From Octopus sinensis (Eukaryota): a DNA stretch of 64,000 nt. The stretch spans positions 16,678,001-16,742,000 of the forward strand of contig NC_043008.1 of NCBI RefSeq assembly GCF_006345805.1, in the 5' to 3' direction. The stretch's first letter is position 1; every line of letters begins with the position of its first letter. A program made the position numbers and the translations under genes. Shown piece by piece: positions 56,943 through 64,000 of this stretch. The notes beneath the pieces were generated by a model, which had not been told where the DNA came from, did no database searches, and was given only the letters and a program-made list of their open reading frames with translations.

Positions 56943-57877
56943 ATGTGTGTATGTGTGTATATGTATATATATACATATACATATATATAGAGAGAGATAG
57001 ATAGATAAATATATAGATATATAGGTATATATATGTATACATATGTGTACATATGTGTATGACTACATATGCACACACATACACATATATATATATATAT
57101 ATTTGTATGTATGTATATATATATATTATATATATATATATATATAATATATATATATATAATATATATACAAACACATCTATGTGTGTGTATGTGTGTG
57201 TGTGTGCACGAATCATAATGTTTGCTTCGGAAACACGTGTTTCCGAGGTCCTTCATAATGCATATTCTATACAGGTTTCCTTTGTAACCTTTCGCTTCTC
57301 ATGCGATTTTGTGTGTAAAAAGGAGGGAGAAAGCGATTATGTACTTATATATGAGTTTGTACGAGTACATACGTTTTTACTCGCTTCAACTTGTGTGCAT
57401 GTATATACCTGCATTTATAAACGCTCGGGACTTTCTTTTGTGCATTTGTGCCTGGATAAGTTTTTCACAGGTATGTTTTGTGTGTAGCAGAGTTACAATT
57501 TACAGAAGCTTGTCAGCTCTGATATATTTTTCATACTCTTTTTACCCTACCTAGGGTTTCAATTATTTTTCCCAATTGCTTCCACCTGTATTTACTGGTA
57601 CATACTCTAGATGCAGCATTTTATTTAGGAATTAACAGTAACTTTCCGATACGAATTTCTTATTGTGAGTTTCTACAAATAGACCGATTTGAAATATAGA
57701 ACACATTATATAAATAACACAGATTGTACGGAAGACAAGCCTTAGAAAACGTTATAAGTTCGTACTGTACAGTGATAGTACAATACAAAATCATTGAAAT
57801 AGCATCAGAAGCAAGACGAATGCGGCTAGAACGCAATCCTGACGAAATATATAACACGATTCTACCATGTTATAAAA

Positions 57878-58239
57878 AACTAGCAGTATCGCCCGGCGTT
57901 GCTCGGGTTTCTAAGGGAAATAACTATATAAGCATTTTAGAGAGTTATAGCCAAAAAATAGCAAAAAATGCATTAAAAATCGTTGACTTATCGTAGACAG
58001 TTTTAGAGAGTTACTTCCCTTATATAATAGCGGAAAATGCATTAAAATGGAAAAAAATGATGGTAATTTTTTTTAATCGTAGACTCATCGTAGACGCGCG
58101 CTAATACTCAGAAGGGCTCGATATGAATGACGACTATAAGATACCCGGTTTTGGTTAAACTGCACCGCAAAATGTGGGAGTAGTTAGGAATCTAAATCGT
58201 AGGAGACAGACACACAACTTGACTTTTATATATAAAGAT
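57878..58239 (+). mobile_element. DINE-1/HINE-like rolling-circle non-autonomous element
   Basis: 5' 'aactagcagtatcgcccggcgttgctcggg' with a subterminal cccg/cggg hairpin, internal short direct repeats (ttttagagagtta, tcgtagac) and a 3' 'ttttatatataaagat' end. Confidence 0.65.
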
Positions 58240-58639
58240 ATAGCACCACAGTAAGTTCTCAGACGAGAAAGAAAAACATCTGAATGGTGTTAAAAGTTGA
58301 TAGAAATAACGGACACATCATTCAAATTGCATCCTAATTACTTAGGAGAGTAAAAATACCTATGATAATATCCTCATTGTACAAAGGCTGTCGTCAGGAA
58401 ATATGAATTGACAGCATATTCAGGGATGAAATCCTGTGAATGACAGATCTGATTTTTCAGAATATACATTAAAAAAAAAAAAGAAATTGCATCTTCAGGT
58501 ATCTTTTATGTCGATGCAATTAACCTGCAACTGAATAACCTTATTTTCGATTATTATTGCCATTAAGCAATAGAATGCATCTATTGTGTCAATGAAAGAA
58601 ATCACTCTTTTCTTTCAATCTTACACATTTAAAGATAAT

Positions 58640-58664
58640 GAAAACTGTAATGATAATAATAATA

Positions 58665-58721
<57 letters not shown>

Positions 58722-58799
58722 TAATAATAATAATATTAATAATAATAATAATGATGAAGATACTAATAATGATAATAATAAAAATAATAATAAAAATAA

Positions 58800-58830
<31 letters not shown>

Positions 58831-58989
58831 AATGATGATGATGATGATAATAATAATAATAATAATAAAAATAATAATAATGATGGTGATGATGATGATG
58901 ATAATAATAATGATATTAACAATAATAATAATAATAATAATAAAAATAATAATGATGATGATGATGATGATAATAATAATGATAATAAC

Positions 58990-59054
<65 letters not shown>

Positions 59055-59464
59055 TGATGATGATAATAATAATGATAATAACAATAATAATAATAATATA
59101 ATAATAATAATAATAATATAATAATAATATAATAATAAAACATGTAGAGCCTCTTATCTCTCGTATATCCCATGTATATGTAGTTTAATGAATTGTCTTT
59201 CTTAATAATTCTTCAAAAATAATGCTTAATTCCAGTTCTAGTCAGATTTGAATTCAGTCAAAGGAAATAAATTTTCTATCCATTTATATTCAAAATACAA
59301 TTTAGATCACAGGATCATGCAAAGATATGTAATGCTTTAAGCTCATACAAGAATTGCACATATATATATATTATATATATATAATATATATATATATCTA
59401 GATAGATGGATAGATAGATAGATAGATAGATTGATAGATAGATTGATAGATACATAGATAGATT

Positions 59465-59547
<83 letters not shown>

Positions 59548-59600
59548 GGATAGATAGATAGATTGATAGATATAGATACATAGATAAATAAATAGATATA
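58640..59600. repeat. (AAT/GAT)n array followed by a (GATA)n array
   Basis: Directly visible at 58640-59140 and ~59390-59600. Confidence 0.95.
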
Positions 59601-60384
59601 TATAGATATATATAGATATATATATACATACCTATATATGTATACATATACAAATATACATACAGGCATACATACACACATTCATACATAGATACACACA
59701 AAAACACACAGATATATATATATATATGTGTGTATGTACTTATAGACGCGTCTTTTTTTAAAATAGCCTAGCTTTTGTGTTTACCTAATTCGATAAAAAT
59801 GTGAAATACACGAAAATGCTTGCTCGCTAATGCATCATTTATTGTTCATTAATGATAAAGCTAAACATTATTGTTATATTGCCTTAATTGTACTTTTCCT
59901 TTCAAGAATCACCATATCATACATGTGTATATCTGTGTATACAATGTGTCTGTGCATGCATATCTGAAAGAGCTTGTGTGTGTGTGCATGCGTATATTTA
60001 TATATTCCTGCATTTTTGTTGATAAAATCTATTTAAGCTTCTGACACCATCATTGTACTACTATCTTGTGAATAATGCTCTTTTTTTTTTTAATACGACA
60101 TTAAATTTTATCAAAAGGAAAAAAAAAGGCAAATGCTGAAGGCTGCAAAAAGCTATTAGTTAATGACGCACTATGATTGCTTTGGGTGTTGTTGTTGTTG
60201 CATTTGTTGTTTATGTTCTTGGTGTTGCTGCTGCTTTTGCTGTTGGTGTGCATGTTGATTATGTTGATTGTTGTACTGATAATATTTCTATTTCTTTTTC
60301 CCTATTTTACCCTGCTCTTTTCATCTAAAATGCAAAGTGATGATAAAGCTATGAACTTTAGCCAATACATTTGCAAAGCTCCTC

Positions 60385-60425
60385 TATCATCATCATCATC
60401 ATCATTATTATTATTATTATTATTA

Positions 60426-60469
<44 letters not shown>

Positions 60470-60529
60470 GCTATTATTATTGCTAGTTATAACAGTCATA
60501 GCATTATTAATATCATCAGCAGCAGCTTC

Positions 60530-60560
<31 letters not shown>

Positions 60561-60800
60561 ATGCAATCATAAATAATCATAATCATCATATTCTCGTTGT
60601 CGTTGTCATCCTTGAAACCATCATCATCATCATCGTCATCAACATCTTCATCATCTTCATCATCAGCATAGTCATTGCTGTCATCATTATCGCCCGACCC
60701 CCACCATCACCTCCACCACCTCTACCCCCCCACCACAACCACCATCATCACAACCACCACTACCACCACCACCACCATCACCACCACCATCATCTCCACC
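60385..60800. repeat. Compound (ATC)/(ATT)/(AGT)/(CAC)n microsatellites
   Basis: Directly visible. Confidence 0.9.
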
Positions 60801-61188
60801 TGTACCTTCTTCCTCCTCCTCGTCTTAATCGCTATAGTTTTCAATCACATTTCCAGCTCCAAGCACTGCAATCGAAGTCACATTAAGATGGATATGCATC
60901 AGACAGCTTTAATACTAATAGGATCTAATGCGCAACACTTTAATTGCATGTGCATAATAACGTGATCAAATACATATGCACAAATAGCATACAAGTAACT
61001 GACATTCTCTCTTAGGCATATTTAGTTATAGCTAAAGAAATGAATATATTATGTATGTACGTACGTATGTATATCATCATTCAGTTTTATTTCAAGATTT
61101 CTTGCCAATAGAGAATGAACTGGTTTCTAACCGAGATTCAAAACTCCTTCACTGGAAATTCAACCACAAGATATTTTTGTTTATTTGT

Positions 61189-61523
61189 AAGGCGCATGGC
61201 TCAGTCGTTAGAGCGTCGAGCTTACGATCTTGAGGTTGTGAGCTCGAATCCCGGACCGGGCTGCGTGTTGTGTTCTTGAGCAAGACACTTTATTTCATGT
61301 TGCTCCAGTTCGCTCAACTGTAGAAAGGAATTTGCGACGTCACTGGTGCCAAGCTGTATCGACCTTTGTCTTTCCCTTGGATAACACTGGTGGCGTGGAG
61401 AGGGGAGGCTGGTATGCATGGGCGACTGCTGGTCTTCCATAAACAAACTTGCCCGGACTTGTGTCTAGGAGGGTAACTTTCTAGGTGCAATCCCGTGGTC
61501 ATGACCGAAGGGGGTCTTTACCC
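61189..61523 (+). mobile_element. Family-C CORE-type SINE, full length
   Basis: Colinear with 9001-9335. Confidence 0.9.
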
Positions 61524-62257
61524 TTTTTATTTATATATGTATGTATTTATGTATGCGCAGATTTGTAGGTTTTATATATCGATTCTCATGCATGTAGTTG
61601 CATATCTAGACATGCTCATATATATTCAAATGATAAATTTCTGGAAAGTTTTACAGATTTCTACAATTCTAGTGATGAATTTGATCTGTAGTCTTCGAAT
61701 TAGCTTCCTCCCTTCTGATTTGGAGAATCCTAATTTCTCAAGATTGATATTTTGACACCTCGTCTGCGTATTGTCTGCTTGTCATGAATAGTTTCCTATT
61801 GCCTGATTATGAAAATGGAGTCTAAATTACCGATGACTTGCTTAATGCAATACAAAAAGTTGATTGACGAAGTGGTAACGTCGTTTTTATTTCTACGACG
61901 CTGTATTACTTTTTAGACATTGCCAGACCAGACAACTTTGCCATTCATCGCTTCAGGGTCGATGATAAACGCAACGATAATAATGTTTTAGGGTGCACCG
62001 AATATATTATTGCGTTACAAGTAGATCATTGCAAAACAAAAATGGTTTTTTATTACGATTTAAACAGGACTAGAGAAAAGATTACCGATTCCTTCGTAGG
62101 CCGTACGTGTAACCACAGGGACTGATGCAAGAAAAGTCCCTTTTTTTAACAAATGCACGTCGACAACATCAGGAAAACATGTACAAATAGGAAATGCTCC
62201 AAGATTACTATTCTCAGCAATTACAAGTGACATTTCTTCTTCTTCTTCTTCTTCTTC

Positions 62258-62313
<56 letters not shown>

Positions 62314-62317
62314 TTTA

Positions 62318-62540
62318 TTAAGGCGGTGAGTTGACCAAATCGTTAGCATGCCGACCAAAATGCTTAGCGGCGTTTCGTCTGTCTTTACGTTCTGAGTTCA
62401 ATGTCCGTAGAGGTCGACATTGTCTTTCATTCTTTCAGGGTCGATAAATTAAATACTAGTAAAACACTGGGATCAATATAATTGACTAGCCCCCCCCTCT
62501 CCACCAAAATTTCAGGCCTTATGCCTATAATAGAAAATAT
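62318..62540 (+). mobile_element. Family-B SINE with alternative tail
   Basis: Family-B head and body; tail 'ccccctctccaccaaaatttcaggccttatgcctataatagaaaatattatt'. Confidence 0.8.
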
Positions 62541-62654
62541 TATTATTATTGTTGTTGTTATAAACATCATCGCCATCATCAGCTTCAAGAGTAACAGTAG
62601 TAGTATCACTGTTATTATTTTATTAATATTAACGACATAACATTCCACCTAAAT

Positions 62655-62786
62655 CGTCGAAATCTCCGTCTCCTACTCATCATCATCCTCACCATCACCA
62701 GCACCATCACCATCATCACCATCGCGATCATCATTGTCATCATCATCATCATACTCATTATCATCATCCGTATCAAACATTGTCAG

Positions 62787-62820
<34 letters not shown>

Positions 62821-62928
62821 GTGATGATGATGATGATGATGATAATAATAATAATAATAATAGTGATGATGATGATGATGATGAAGATGATGATAATGAT
62901 GATGATGATGATGATAATAATAATAATG

Positions 62929-62975
<47 letters not shown>

Positions 62976-62991
62976 GATGATGATGATGATC

Positions 62992-63030
<39 letters not shown>

Positions 63031-63055
63031 TAATAATAATAATAATAATAATGAT
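62655..63055. repeat. Compound (ATC)/(AAT)/(GAT)n microsatellite
   Basis: Directly visible. Confidence 0.95.
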
Positions 63056-63832
63056 ACGCACTTTTTAAACGCAAAAAAAAAAAGACGTTCAGCGGCTGGA
63101 ACGAAGCTGCAATCAATCAATATACAGACTTACTTTCACAATAATATCTCGTATAAATGCTCACAAATTTTGAGCACTTTATTTGATATGAGCAAAAACA
63201 TTCAGAAATTCATTATAAAAATCAAGAACCGACACTTTTCGACCACAAAACGAGGACAGTTTAACACCATTTATAATTTTACACGTTACGATTCAACTCT
63301 TTGTTCGCCACATTGTTGTCATTGAATTAACAATTTTCGCGAAGCACGACACGTTCACAACCTTAAAATCACACTTTCCCCATAAATATAGAAGAATGTG
63401 TTGTAGTCAATAATATTAAGAGGTCACGCGGGGTGATCGCTGTATAGAAGCACATACATATTCACTTAAAGAAAATATGTAATTAGATTTTAAGATTTGC
63501 ATGATGAACTAGGCATTTCGCTTGGATAACATTAACGGTAATTGACTTCTTTCGAACATGTAATACTGAAGCCAGAAATCAATTTCTCTCTCCACGGTCA
63601 TCCTCTCTCTGTCTCTTTCTTCAGTCTCTGTTTTCTCTCTCTCTATTTCTCTCTGTCTTTCATTGAATATCTTTCTACACACAAATATTTCTACACATAT
63701 ATGTATGTATGTTGTATGTATATATGTATTATATAATCGTAATAATGATAATAAAAATAAAATAATTATAATCAATAGTATAAAATATATAACATCTAGA
63801 TGATATATATGTGTGTATATATAAATACATAC

Positions 63833-63874
<42 letters not shown>

Positions 63875-63888
63875 TATATATAGATTAT

Positions 63889-63932
<44 letters not shown>

Positions 63933-64000
63933 TTATATATTATATATATATATATAAATATATAAAATATGTTACATTACTCGATAGTCAAGATAAAATC

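Noticed and set aside
57838-57877. CTGACGA followed by a hairpin, as a hammerhead
   Set aside because: The stem is followed by AAAA rather than GAAA and abuts the start of the DINE-like element.

Overview
AT-rich, microsatellite-dense eukaryotic genomic DNA, almost all intergenic or intronic. The SINE families and repeat landscape look like an octopus/coleoid cephalopod genome; this is inferred from recalled repeat sequences, not from a search. No host protein-coding gene could be recognised. Most ORF-track entries are translations of (TA)n, (TATC)n, (AAT)n or (AAG)n repeats. Supported features: (1) about 25 copies of several tRNA-derived SINE families, with apparent head/tail swapping and a dimeric form; (2) non-LTR retrotransposon relics, namely an RTE-type 3' fragment nested in an R4/Dong-like RLE element and a Tx1-like L1 3' end embedded in a (TATC)n array; (3) a decayed mariner transposase; (4) two Helentron/DINE-like non-autonomous elements; (5) Penelope-like remnants carrying minimal hammerhead-ribozyme motifs, including a ~325-bp inverted repeat with a motif on each strand; (6) a 100-N assembly gap. 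Several splice-signal-supported candidate exons are listed at low confidence only. I found no clearly new biological system. The best leads are the hammerhead-bearing elements, the microsatellite-targeted Tx1 and the modular SINEs. Repeat boundaries are approximate (about +/-10-20 bp); SINE family labels A-E are my own.
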